From contig NC_092676.1 in assembly GCF_964355755.1 (NCBI RefSeq), forward strand, positions 253,788-317,787: a DNA stretch of 64,000 bases. Reading direction: 5' to 3'. A program made the translations under genes and the position numbers. The DNA is from Antedon mediterranea (taxonomy: Eukaryota; Animalia; Echinodermata). The number at the start of each line of letters is the position of its first letter. Within the stretch, counting starts at the first letter, position 1. Positions 38,901 to 49,748 of this stretch are shown here, in pieces. The notes under the pieces were generated by a model. The model saw nothing but the letters and a program-made list of their open reading frames with translations, made no database searches and was not told the DNA's origin.

Positions 38901-38908
38901 AAGAGTGA
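29960..38908 (+). CDS. Troponin T-like coiled-coil protein with C-terminal LIM domain and poly-Glu tail (~420 aa; middle exons partly unresolved)
   Basis: Exons 29960-29992, 30476-30592, 31019-31096, 31335-31460, 32331-32552, 32749-32789, 33108-33146, 33510-33570, candidate microexons, 36174 or 36182 to 36298, 37807-37961, 38244-38425, 38865-38908. ER/K-rich helix, then ESKMTKDQIEAMKTQHLDEKYPP...DKLKTLATNFHNQLRKFYADLFDYQDKQSRNDYSKNELQARIKDML (troponin IT-arm pattern). LIM domain CEICHKEVYQFERL...FHKQCFRCVYC...IYCRLH. Ends in AA plus 12 Glu. Confidence 0.75.
31477..31969. mobile_element. Non-autonomous TTAA-duplicating DNA transposon (Kolobok-like MITE)
   Basis: Terminal inverted repeat AGATGTATTGTCCCTT at both ends, with TTAA at 31473-31476 and 31970-31973. 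Confidence 0.8.
33241..33477. repeat. 36-bp intronic minisatellite, ~6.5 copies
   Basis: TGAATAATGTCACCCTTTATGGCTGCAATGTATTGT repeated; produces the spurious NNVTLYGCNVLL ORF. Confidence 0.95.
35888..35950 (+). mobile_element. Short fragment resembling a Helentron/DINE-1-like non-autonomous element end
   Basis: TTATTACCTCCGCCAAGGAGGTTATGTTTTCACCCCTG (ACCTCC/GGAGGT hairpin) followed by a (TG)n microsatellite. Confidence 0.45.
38480..38631. mobile_element. PIF/Harbinger-type MITE (family B)
   Basis: Ends in GTGTAGACAGAGCT followed by TTA; internal TGACAAAAAAATGTG...CACTACCATAT...CACTTTTTTTGTCA. Related copies at 40020-40147, 59041-59171, 63275-63390 and 63666-63810. Confidence 0.75.
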
Positions 38909-39682
38909 GCAAACATATATTGAAGTAGCAGATGCAGTGCCATCATTAGTATTCCTGGCTTGCTACATACAACCCTGAATTTTAAGTATTTATACTTTTC
39001 CCCTTCTTAGTATCGACACAGTTTTAATATTGTTTTAACTTTTGAAAGAGTGCTACAGTATAAGCCTATAATAAATCAAGATGGATCTTTGTCATTTATT
39101 TTCCAAGAAGATAAATCAAAGGCTTGGAAATGAAGGTTCTTCGTGGCAGGCATTAGTTGCTTGGACAGAAGAATTTAGTAAGCTGGTTAATTCAATATTC
39201 ATTTAATTTAATTGAAACAAATTAAGAGAAATAATACCACTGTAGTAATGACTTTATTTGTAGGAAATAAATTGCACGATTAGAATTCTGTCCTGGTAAC
39301 ATGCCATGCTGAAGCAGTTGGTGATATTTTTAGGGTGTCCCTTTTTAGTTTGTGTCAGCAGCACTTAGATTTCATATTTTAGTTTCATTTATTATCGATA
39401 TTCAATAAATTATTACCGAGAAAATTTTAATTTCAGAACATTTTTATTTCTGTTAATTTAGTTTATTAATACATTTTGTAAAATTGAAAGCTTCCAATAA
39501 ACATACATGGGAAGTAAACATTAAATAATGAAACATGATAAAAAGTGTTACATGCAATATATAACTCTGATTATGCAAACCTATTCAGTGGGTGCTCTAA
39601 TAAATAACACATATCATATTTAAATAAATTGAGTAAACAGTAATACAAATTGCATATTAATGACATGCTGTATGATTTATAA

Positions 39683-41273
39683 CTACTCCTCACATGCAAC
39701 CTCAACGTTAGCAGTTTCTTGTTGGGAGTCTGATTTAAGCTTTTTACTTGCTACAACTTCTTCATCCTGCAGCTTTCTTTTGTTGCTGTCAGTTGTTTCA
39801 GTGGATTCAGCAGCTACATTATCTGCTGCTACATCATTGTTGTCTGCCACATCTTCTGTTGCATCATCATCATGAAGCAATTCTGTAACAAAAATTATTG
39901 TTATATTTTTTTACACTAAATGAGAAACTGAAACGCACCGAGTAACATATGCTTTATATTTTTGTGCTTACATTTAGAAAAAGAAAGTACACATACACAA
40001 GTATACATGAATGTTGTAAAGCTCTGTCTACACTTTCAACTTTATGTGACAAAAAATGTGATGTGCCTAAATATGGACATGATGACATCATATCACTACC
40101 ATATTTGGGCATACCATTACCATATTTGGGCATATCACTACTACCATGTTTACTACTTTACTTTACTAATATTTATGTATATGGTAAATATACTTTAATT
40201 TAAAATGTCTCAACTATAGAATCACCAAGTAAAGATGGTAATGAGCAATTTTTCTTCTTTAATACCTGTGTCATCTGTGTTTTGATCTTCAATACTCTCA
40301 TTATCAACATCCTGTTAAAAGACAATATAACAAATCATAATTGTATTCATGTATGGGCTGAATGCTAAAGTCTTATTATATTATGTAACATATTTTTGTT
40401 TTGGAGGCTGGATAGAACTTGGATATTTCTCTTTCTTTTATTGAATCTAAAAATCCCCCAATAATGAAATATTAATTAAAATGTTACCAGTATCAGCAGC
40501 AACCATAATGACATTTTAAGATACTGTATTACTTAGCATGCATGGGCTGCTAGCTGTAGGGTTAGATGTAAAAAATGTAAGTAGGCCTACTGTGTTTTTT
40601 TTTATGTTTTGTAGTGTAAATTAATATTTCCTTTGCTACCTGGCCTAGCTAGGCTAGCCTAGGCCTACCTACATTTTGTTCCTGGCCTAGCTAGGCTAGC
40701 CTAGGCCTACCTACATTTTGTTCCTGGCCTAGCTAGGCTAGCCTAGGCCTACCTACATTTTGTTCCTTGTCTTGTATGTTTTCTGATGGACAATCAGTAG
40801 GCAGTTTTGCTTCTATATTAACCTTTTCTGCTACTTCTGCTGATTCACTTACAGTTACTGCATCTCCAAGCTTTCTGAAAGTGTCGGATGAAAATAAAAT
40901 TATGGATAATTAAAAATAAAATATTTTTTATAAAATTTGAAACAGATATTTGCACGCAGTCAATAATAGTTTTGAACTAAATTGTATACCTGTAACCAAT
41001 ACATTAGGCTAACATAGGCCTAAACCAGGCCTGGCAGCCTAGGCCTACTGATACACCACCACCAGCCTCCTGCACACGCGTCACACAAACCCGTACACAC
41101 ACATGCAGTCGATCACTGCACGTGCAGTCGATCACTGCACGTACTGTACTGTACTCATGTTGCCAGCAGAGTGCCTGACGGTGTTTCTTCCCCTTCCTTA
41201 TATATATTATAGTCTTAGGCCTAGCCTAGGGTAGGTTTTACACAACTTACGTTGATGAATTGTTATTTGACAT
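39683..41273 (-). CDS. Small acidic disordered nuclear protein, prothymosin/parathymosin-like, 128 aa, 4 coding exons
   Basis: Exons (minus) 41273-41251, 40874-40757, 40311-40266, 39882-39683; GT-AG, phases close (387 nt). 36 of 128 residues are D or E, there is no F/W/Y, and a bipartite NLS KRKLQDEEVVASKKLK lies near the C-terminus. Confidence 0.72.
40020..40147. mobile_element. Partial Harbinger-type MITE (family B)
   Basis: TAA followed by AGCTCTGTCTACACT...TGACAAAAAATGTGATGTGCCTAAATATGGACATGATGACATCATATCACTACCATAT. Confidence 0.7.
40639..40765. repeat. 42-bp tandem triplication covering a splice donor
   Basis: CCTGGCCTAGCTAGGCTAGCCTAGGCCTACCTACATTTTGTT at 40639, 40681 and 40723. Confidence 0.92.
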
Positions 41274-41379
41274 GGTTTATGTAGATAAAACAGACTTTTT
41301 AAAATAGAAAAATCAGCTTTATAATAGCCTAAATAATAATGTCTCTGCACCTCTGCTGAGCTGCTGTGGTTGTGCATTA

Positions 41380-41560
41380 ACCGCCGCCGAATAATGATGA
41401 CCGTCTGAAAACCTTTTTTTTCAATACTTTCGCGCGTGCCGGCAAGCAGCAACCAATCAGCAACGAGGCAATGTGAACTATTAACGAATCAGCAATATTA
41501 ATGCTATGACGTTTGTTTCTACGTAACTTTACCACAAAGAAAGGGGGCGGGGAAAAGCTA
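41380..41560 (-). promoter_or_regulatory. CpG-rich promoter of the acidic-protein gene, with an E2F site, CCAAT box and GC box
   Basis: TTTCGCGC at ~41428, CCAAT at ~41453, GGGGGCGGGGAAAA at ~41543. Confidence 0.55.
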
Positions 41561-43480
41561 TAACATTCTGTGTACACGTGTCTCAGACACAGACTGCACT
41601 GATTGATTGACACATGTCAACCGACTGAATGACTGTGGTGTACGTACAGTTGACTGGATGTCAATACACAGTATTCAAATGAATTCACGTTGGAATTTGC
41701 ATAGTTTCATTTACTTGATTCCAAATCATTCTTCTGTGCTGGCCATGGCAATGGTCAAAATGTAGCACCGGAGCTATTAGTATTAATATCACCTAGAAGA
41801 TAAATATTACAAGAAACTCAGCAATACAAGTACGTTTCTTCTAGGTTGCATTTGTTATGGATTAAGGAGGTAGCTTACAAGAAGAAGTACAAGAAAGATA
41901 AAGGGTAAAGTAATGCTTCATCTTCTTTTGATTGAAAACTTACCATTTACGTACACTGTAGGCCTACTTGTTGAGTTTATTAGCGTCGCCGTTGTTCTAC
42001 AGCCAGGAGAACTGATACTAGCATAAAAATACACTTCTGAGAAGACAGATTTTTACAACGGTTTGCTTTATTGTACAACTTATTTATATGATATACAAAG
42101 CAACATGGTTTTAATTTCATTATTAATATAAAATTACGTACAATTATCGGTTGAGAAACATCTCGATTGTGGAATTCAACGCGTTTGCAGTTGACGCGTC
42201 GTTTTTGTACGTACACGAGAGGCCTACCATAAACGCGTTTACAGTTGACGCAAGTGTTCGTACACAAGAGGCCTACCATAGAGGAGTGAGTACACTTTTT
42301 TAGAGAGCAAATGCGTTTACGTCAGGCCATACGTTGAGGTTGGTTACACTATTGTATTTTGTATAATATTATTCCTTAAAAATACACAAGCTTGTTGATT
42401 AACAAGTATGAAATGATCACATTAGCAAACTATAAAATAATAACATTTTATTATCAATAACAATTACCTACTACAGTATAAATTTGATGACGTCAATGCG
42501 CGTGTAAATAGTGATACATCGGCTGTGATGACGCGTGCAATTAATGTTGTTTTATTCATTCGTTGTTAGAATAATTTAATTGATACCAACAATGTAATAA
42601 ATACTTAAGAAGTAATAAAATCATATATTGGTCTTCTAAGACATTAAAAATACAATATTATAATATACACACAATACGTATCAATGCATATCTACATATT
42701 ATTACAAAAATATTATGTTACAAACATGCATACAAATTGGGAATTGAATTATATTGATCGGGAATAAAACAGTTAAAACACTTTCATCCAACACATTCAA
42801 TACCAGGCCGACCGCCGTGAAAACAACAATCTTATTGGTCATTGAAAGTCACTACAGGAATTTTGTACATAATTTTGACCAATTACCGAGGCCGACAGTG
42901 TGTTGTCATTTTTATTCTGTTTATATCAGAAATTTGTATCATCTTCAAAGAAAACAGTAGTTCAAACATCTATTATCAAATATTAATAACCTGTTATAAG
43001 AATTTGTCTCGAACTCACCAACATTATTACACACAATATAAAAAATACAAACATGATTTATAAATGCGAGTTGTCTCCCTCCTCACCCCCCTCCCCCCTC
43101 CTCCCTCCTCACCCCCAAATCTATATACATTTTGACTACTGTGGTATGTGCACATTTTCTTTAAAACTTAAGATATATTCACCATCTTTTTAGTTTTCTT
43201 TTAGTCTTATCAAAATAATTAATTGGGTCTATTTAGCTAGAATTATAATCAATAACTACGTCATATTTCAAAACCTATAGCTAGTTAAACATCTTTATTT
43301 GTTGTATATTACTGGTGTATTATGGAATACTATTTTATAAATTGCTCACGTGACATGGACGAAAACACTGCGCGCGCGCTGCTGATAACAAAAATTGAGA
43401 ATTGAAATACAAGCTTACACAATGCGTGGTCCGTTTACTTAAGAATACTTAGAACGATTACTTAGATTAGAACGACAGGA

Positions 43481-46400
43481 TCAAACAGGGTAATTCTTGT
43501 CTGAATTCCTGATGGCACAGCACAGGCACATTGAAAATATCATACCCAACACCTACAGGAAAAAAAATAAATAAATGAATGAAGAATTAGAATCAATCAT
43601 AACAGTGTGATGTATAAGGCATGCATTATAGATAAAGCTTGGTTCCCACAGAGACGCAAAGAACATAAACGCAACGCAAGTGAGTTGACTAATCGACAGT
43701 CCGGATAATCCATAGCTTGTAATTGGTCACATCACTTGCGTTGCTCTATTTTTGCACGACATAGGCACAACTGTAAGTAGGCCTAAGTTGACCCATCACA
43801 AGCGACAGTTCGGACGATCCATCGCGTCGTGATTGCCTTCGTTGATATACTATTTTTAAAGTCCAGTGGTAATCCCGTAAATATTAGAAAAGATCCGGGC
43901 ACTTACCTGAACAGCACCAATTCCAATGACAAGTCCAGCGACCAGCGTGACGTTGCTCTGCAGTGCTTTATACAAACTATTTGCACACCCCTACAAAAAA
44001 AAAACAATTTTTAAATTAAAAAAAAAGTTAACAAACTAAAACCAGTTAAAATCATGTTAAATGAATGAAGTTTTAAGCACGGTTGCTAAAGCTTGGTTCC
44101 CACTAGACGCAACGCAAGGACGTAAACGCAACGCAAGTGTGTTGACCAATGATAAGTGACAGTTCGAATAATGCATCGCTTGTGATTGTGATTAACTCAC
44201 TTACGTTGTGCCTATGTCGTCGTTGCGTTGCGTCCGAAAAACTAGAGACACAACGCAAGTGATTTGCCCCAGTCAAAAACGCCCAGTGTGTTGCGTCTCT
44301 AGTGGGAACCAAGCATTAGTACGCCCAGTGTGTTGCGTCTCTAGTGGGAAGCAAGCATTAGTTGGTGTAGAACTGTGTAAATAAAACATTCATTAATCAA
44401 ATCTTTAATTATAATGATAATTCAACACAATACAAAACTTACATCAGGAGAAATGCCTAGTGATGTAAAATCAGTATCTTTATTCACGTTTGGAGGAGGC
44501 TTCATGGTACACGATCGTTCACCGGTTTTCTGCCGGTTTATACAACACGAAACTGGCACATCATTGTCCTGGAAAAAAGTCGTATTTTTCCAGTCGATAG
44601 GACCGTTTACCCCACAGCATAAAAACTGTAAAAAAAATAAAATTACAGTCGATTAAAATGCTTTCTTGATTTATTAATGATTATAATGTTACATAATCTG
44701 AATTAATAATTATACTCACATCAAGTTGAATTTTGTCAATTGCTTCCTTGACTTGTTTATCAGAATCGTACTTATTTAGAGATGTCGGCATTTCTATTTT
44801 TAAATGAAAAGAAATGAATCAGATGTCCAATTATGGAAATTATTATATTATTACATAATATCCCTCACCAAAAAAAAGAGTAAAATTTTCAGTTGTCGTA
44901 CGGGAGCGAATCGTAAAGTATTGACTATTCATATACCGATGATTTCAGTTAACGTCACAATATAGAAAGCAATCATTAGTTTTATGTAGACAAAGGTTTA
45001 GCCAAAGATATCACAATGATAACTTGTGGATCGAGAACCAAATAGAGCAGCCAGAAAAGAAGTCGAGCATTGTCGTAGCTTTGCGCCCTCTATATTTGTC
45101 TGATCTAACCAAAGATTTTGGAAAGTTTCTACGATATTTTACAGTTAATAACAATTAACTTACTTGTTTGAATAAGTGTTTCAATCTCCTCTTGTTTGAA
45201 ATATGCAAATAACCCGCCTCCTACTTCAGCAATGCAAATCAGCATTAAGAAGAAAAAGAACTGAAAATATCAACAAACAATTGTTTTAAAACATTAGTAA
45301 AGTAAACCTGGCCAGGATATTCATATTATTCATATTTTTGTTCTTCCATCTATCTTGATGAATATTTAAAGATTTTAAAGGAATGTTTGATTTTTAAATA
45401 AGTGTGTACTTACTGTGCCAAGTAAACAAGTGTTTTCAAGGCAAGATCCACAACAACCAAGGAACCCAATAAGCATCATCAATCCGCCGATTCCAATTAA
45501 CACGTACACTGCTATGTAGTACTCTTCTAACTCCTCTGCCGCGTACGTGTACTCACGCATTGTGGGATCGAAACACAGCCATAGACCCACACACAGCAGT
45601 GCACATCCACATAACTACAGAGAAAATATAATATAAAAAGATTAAACATTTTATGTTTTCTCTATCTCGTACTCAAATGTAAAAACATTCTTCAACAATA
45701 ATAAAAACACAACTCTACCGGTCTAAAGAAAAGTTTCTAGCGGCATGTAATTCAAAGTATTTGATGAGCTAAATTAAATTTTGTAGATGAACGATCCCCT
45801 ATTACATAATGGTACGTTCCATAGTAATCTGGGGTATGGTAATTGGATCGCGTGGAGGAGACCATAATGTTAAAAGTCATGTACCTCGTAATAGAGCAAT
45901 ATTGTCGAATTTATATAACGAGTAAATCAAACTTTTTAAATCAGGGGTAACTTATAATAGTATTGACTGATAACTGTCCATTCCCTTTGCATAGGCCAAG
46001 AACGAAAGAGACAAGTGCCGCTATAGATTGATTAAAGTGCAAGATTTGATAACTTTTAAAATACTGTTGAAAAGCACTAAGTTTAGAATTCAAAAGTAGA
46101 ATAAATAAGTATTATGTAAAACACAGAAACAAAGAAACTACTTATCGTCGCAAATAAACAAGTTGAACAAAATGCTTTATATGGTAATAATAAAGGAATA
46201 CATTCGAGGTAGCGGGACGGATAGCGGGACGGGTAGCGGCATGTTTCCATTTGTAGCGCCATTCCAATGAATTGCTCATGGCGAGCAGTGGACATCGGAG
46301 GCAACGTATTGAAATATCTACATGCGGTGGTTATGGTGGTCTAATCGACTATAGCCTACTGTGAAAATATGGAAAATACATTTATGCCAAAAATAAATCG

Positions 46401-49400
46401 CTAAAATTGGCAGAAATAACATAAGCGTGAGTCAAAAGATCATGTGTTTAATCGATTTGCTACTACAGTCGCCGGGACAGTCGCTAAATGTGTTTAACTG
46501 TAGTATGTCATATTCCACTAGGAGGACGCAACGCGTCGTCATGGTTGGTTAAGCGTGGTTCCCTCTAGCGACGCAACGTAACGCAACCAACGCAACGTAA
46601 CAAAATGCCCTTCGAATAATTGTGTTTGCCCTCGCCTGCGTGAAATCAAACCTGCGATGTTTCCAGCCCTGTTGCATCGTCGGTTCCCACTTGTGATTAC
46701 GCAATACAGCACTTTGCGTCGATACGTCGCTGCGTTACGTTACGCTGCGTTCGAGTGGGAACCACGCTTTAAATAAAGCTTGGTTACTCCTTAACGCAAG
46801 AAAGCACGCAAGTGTGTTGACCAATTACAGTTGATCCGTCACGTTGTGATTGGTCAAATTACTTGCATTGCGCGTACGTCGGACTTGGAATTACCAAGCT
46901 TCAACCTTTGCTGTTACAAAGTTTAATTTTTGACGAGTTGTTGTGTTTTCAAGTGCGCAGAAAGTGATCAGTGAGCCGCCATGTTGGTATAGAATGGTCT
47001 ATTATCAAAACAAGGAAGGAAACGATAAGTCCTGTAGTTTATGGTCAGTCTTTCCTTTCTAAACACAGAATTGAAGGACTTGTTAATTGACTGACGTACT
47101 TAAATTCTTAGTAATTTCCTCCGAATCAAAAGCACTTTCCTTTAACAACATGTCTAGTTTCCTAGTCGTTTCACATGATGGGTGTGGTATTGTCGAGTGG
47201 TTCCCTATTCGATTCCCATATAATTGAAAAGTTTTCTAATTTCCTTCAATTTTGCAAGAGGGGATTTGTTTTGATACCAATTAGAAATAGGCCTCATAAA
47301 GTAAGATTTTATTTTCCTTTTTCGCCAAGCCCAAGACTTTAAATCATTGGCAAACCTAAAAGTTCAAAAGAGTATAAAATCAAAAGTACTGTAATCGGCA
47401 CTTAACGATATTTATAGACTTGTTTACTGTAACATAACAGCGTGTCAAAGGGCATCCCCAATATCAATCGACTATTTTAATAGTGCAAGAAGGGGCTATG
47501 GTTTATCTCTTGGCTCCTCTTCCTTCATTCCACAGACAACAGAGAAACTGTCATTAAGCTAATCGCCAAGTGTTTCTTTTGGGCCCAATGTTATTTTGAG
47601 AGTGGTATGGTTCAACAACAAGACTCTTGCTACTCTGTGTTGTTGATGGGCAAGAGTATGTTACCATGGTAGCCGAACATGGATATGACGCGTTTGTTGA
47701 CGTGTATACGTTATAGTATAAGCTTGGTTCCCACTAGGACGTAACGCAAGGACGTAAACGCAACGCAATCGTGTTGTCCATGACAAGCGACAGTTCGAAT
47801 AATCCATCGCCTGTGATTGGTCAACTCACTTTGCGTTATGCCATTGTGTTGGGTCTCTAGTAGGAACCAAGCGTTTGCTGGATATTCAGTATTTTAGACT
47901 ATAGAAAAATCAACAAAATATCAGAGTTATTTAAAATTTAGGCCTATTGCGCAATTAAACATGATAGACATAATACGGGTCACTGACCAACGAAATAAGG
48001 ACATAAGGAATTATGGCTAGGATACCGTCAGTAAATTAGTGAGTCAACCAACTGCAGACATACTTCATTCAAGCATGCATATAAAACGATCAATCTAGGA
48101 AATTAATAGCAACAACGTCTGAACCGAATGTGACTCTTTTGAGTAAACTATTTTTTAACGTTAAATTCGATCACATCTATAAATTGGATTTTTTTAAATA
48201 TACTCGATTTAGTGGATGGACGATGGTCCGTATCTGTGATTTTATTGACCTTATTCTACTAACACAGGTTCCATTAAAACGCATGTTCGTTAAATTCCAC
48301 AACCGCAGCATACCCATTTTGCCGATGGAGTAAATATGTACAATTTGTTCGGTAGTGTCTATAGCCTAATGTAATACTTAATTGCCGTGAAATGGAGACC
48401 TTCACATTGTTTTTGTTTAACTGTTTGTAATTAATAATGAAATAACACATTACACGTATAGTATACACAGGTTAGTTTCATTATTAAACTGTACCATCAA
48501 ATTCCAATTAACTTTTTTTATTTTTATTGTGGTAACTAGAAATGATTGAACGCGCCATATCACTCTAAAAAAGGGGGAGGGGTGTATTAATTAAACAAGG
48601 GAAGAATATTTTACTGGAAGGATCTATATCTTGTTGGTGGTTTAGATGTTCGGCTACCTATCCAATATGGCACTGGTTCAAATCCAGGAGATTTTGTTTT
48701 TTCTTGAAAACTTTTTCTGTGTAGAGCATCTTGTGTATAATTATTTGTCTTTGTCATATAGAATAGAGTCAAAACATTCAGTGCCCTAACCACGATTTCA
48801 TTGCTAAGTGGTGTTGATGTTACAGTACTACAGTAACAAAGATGTCTGCTGGGTAGAGATAGTACCGGTAGTGATTTATCTGAGATAATAAAATGCATGG
48901 GAAAACATTTAAAAATAGCCAAGGGAACACGCGCTTACAATGCAAATAATACAACAGGAAGTAATAGAAGAAAACCATGTCAATCCATTCCTTCCTTCTT
49001 TTGTAGTCTTTTCTAAACGTCATTTAAGTATTACTTAAATGCCGACATTTTAAAATGTAACCAAATAATATTAACATTTTATATTTTATAATCATGGCAC
49101 TGAAGAGACAATTTAACACACACTTTACTTTAAATGGAACAGATGGTATTGGGAGTAGGGGATGAACATAAGGAAAGAGTGACGGATGACGTTGAATATC
49201 GTCTATAATGCTTACTCACACGTGAACAAAAATTTAGTTTGACAATGTTTGCTGCTACTTTGTCAGTGAGAACTTTCCCGTGACAACGCCCCTGTTAAAG
49301 TGTTCCCCCTCAATAGTTCTAACTGTAATTCCTTCAATTTGTCATGGTTTTGTGTACAGTCAGTAAAGTCACTTGTACGAGTGCATTTTGTTAATTTCGG

Positions 49401-49748
49401 TGTCGAATGTATTTTAATATTTTCATTCAAAATATAGTTTATAAACATCAACATACAAACTGACTTTTCAACAACATAACTTCATGTTGAGTTTAGAAAA
49501 AAAATATACACACTTTTCTGTTTTAAACATTATTACTTTTCACTAGGCGAAGAGACGCTGTTTAGCTTAGGGGTCTAACCTTGTCCCATAGGTCACAAAG
49601 TCAAAGCTGTGACAGCCTATCTAACTTCGTCAATGTTTAGGCCTAAATCTAATTACATACAGTTGTAATTCTTATAACTTACCCAAAATAAAAAGTTAAA
49701 AGCAAACATCATATATTTCACACAGGTCATACAGTCGGATAAAGCCAT
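43481..49748 (-). CDS. Tetraspanin (6-Cys large extracellular loop; CD9/TSPAN4/TSPAN9-like N-terminus), 258 aa, 7 coding exons
   Basis: Exons (minus) 49748-49683, 45614-45414, 45260-45164, 44793-44720, 44625-44443, 43990-43907, 43552-43481 (777 nt). MALSDCMTCVKYMMFAFNFLFW, GFLGCCGSCLEN, CCG, PVSCC, GC, and TM4 followed by CLCCAIRNSDKNYPV. Confidence 0.93.
43636..43840. mobile_element. Degenerate or partial Harbinger-type MITE (family A)
   Basis: TAA followed by AGCTTGGTTCCCACAGAGACGCAA...AACGCAACGCAAGTGAGTTGAC... Confidence 0.65.
44090..44356. mobile_element. Harbinger-type MITE (family A) with duplicated right end
   Basis: TAA followed by AGCTTGGTTCCCACTAGACGCAACGC...GCGTCTCTAGTGGGAACCAAGCA and TTA; the last ~41 bp are duplicated in tandem. 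Confidence 0.8.
46552..46900. mobile_element. Two adjacent Harbinger-type MITEs (46552-46768 and 46777-46900)
   Basis: First element: TTA, AGCGTGGTTCCC...GGGAACCACGCT, TTA (3-bp TSD on both sides). Second element: TAA, AGCTTGGTTA...TTACCAAGCT. Confidence 0.8.
47721..47873. mobile_element. Harbinger-type MITE (family A)
   Basis: AGCTTGGTTCCCACTAGGACGTAACGCAAGG...CTCTAGTAGGAACCAAGCG. Confidence 0.78.

Noticed and set aside
48633-48690. tRNA-like A/B boxes (TGGTGGTTTAGA...GGTTCAAATCC); also GGTTCGAATCCC at ~52595
   Set aside because: No cloverleaf can be folded; at most decayed tRNA-derived SINE heads.
43481-49748. Assigning the tetraspanin to TspanC8 (ADAM10/Notch regulators) because of the neighbouring Notch-ligand-like gene
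   Set aside because: The large extracellular loop has six cysteines, not eight.
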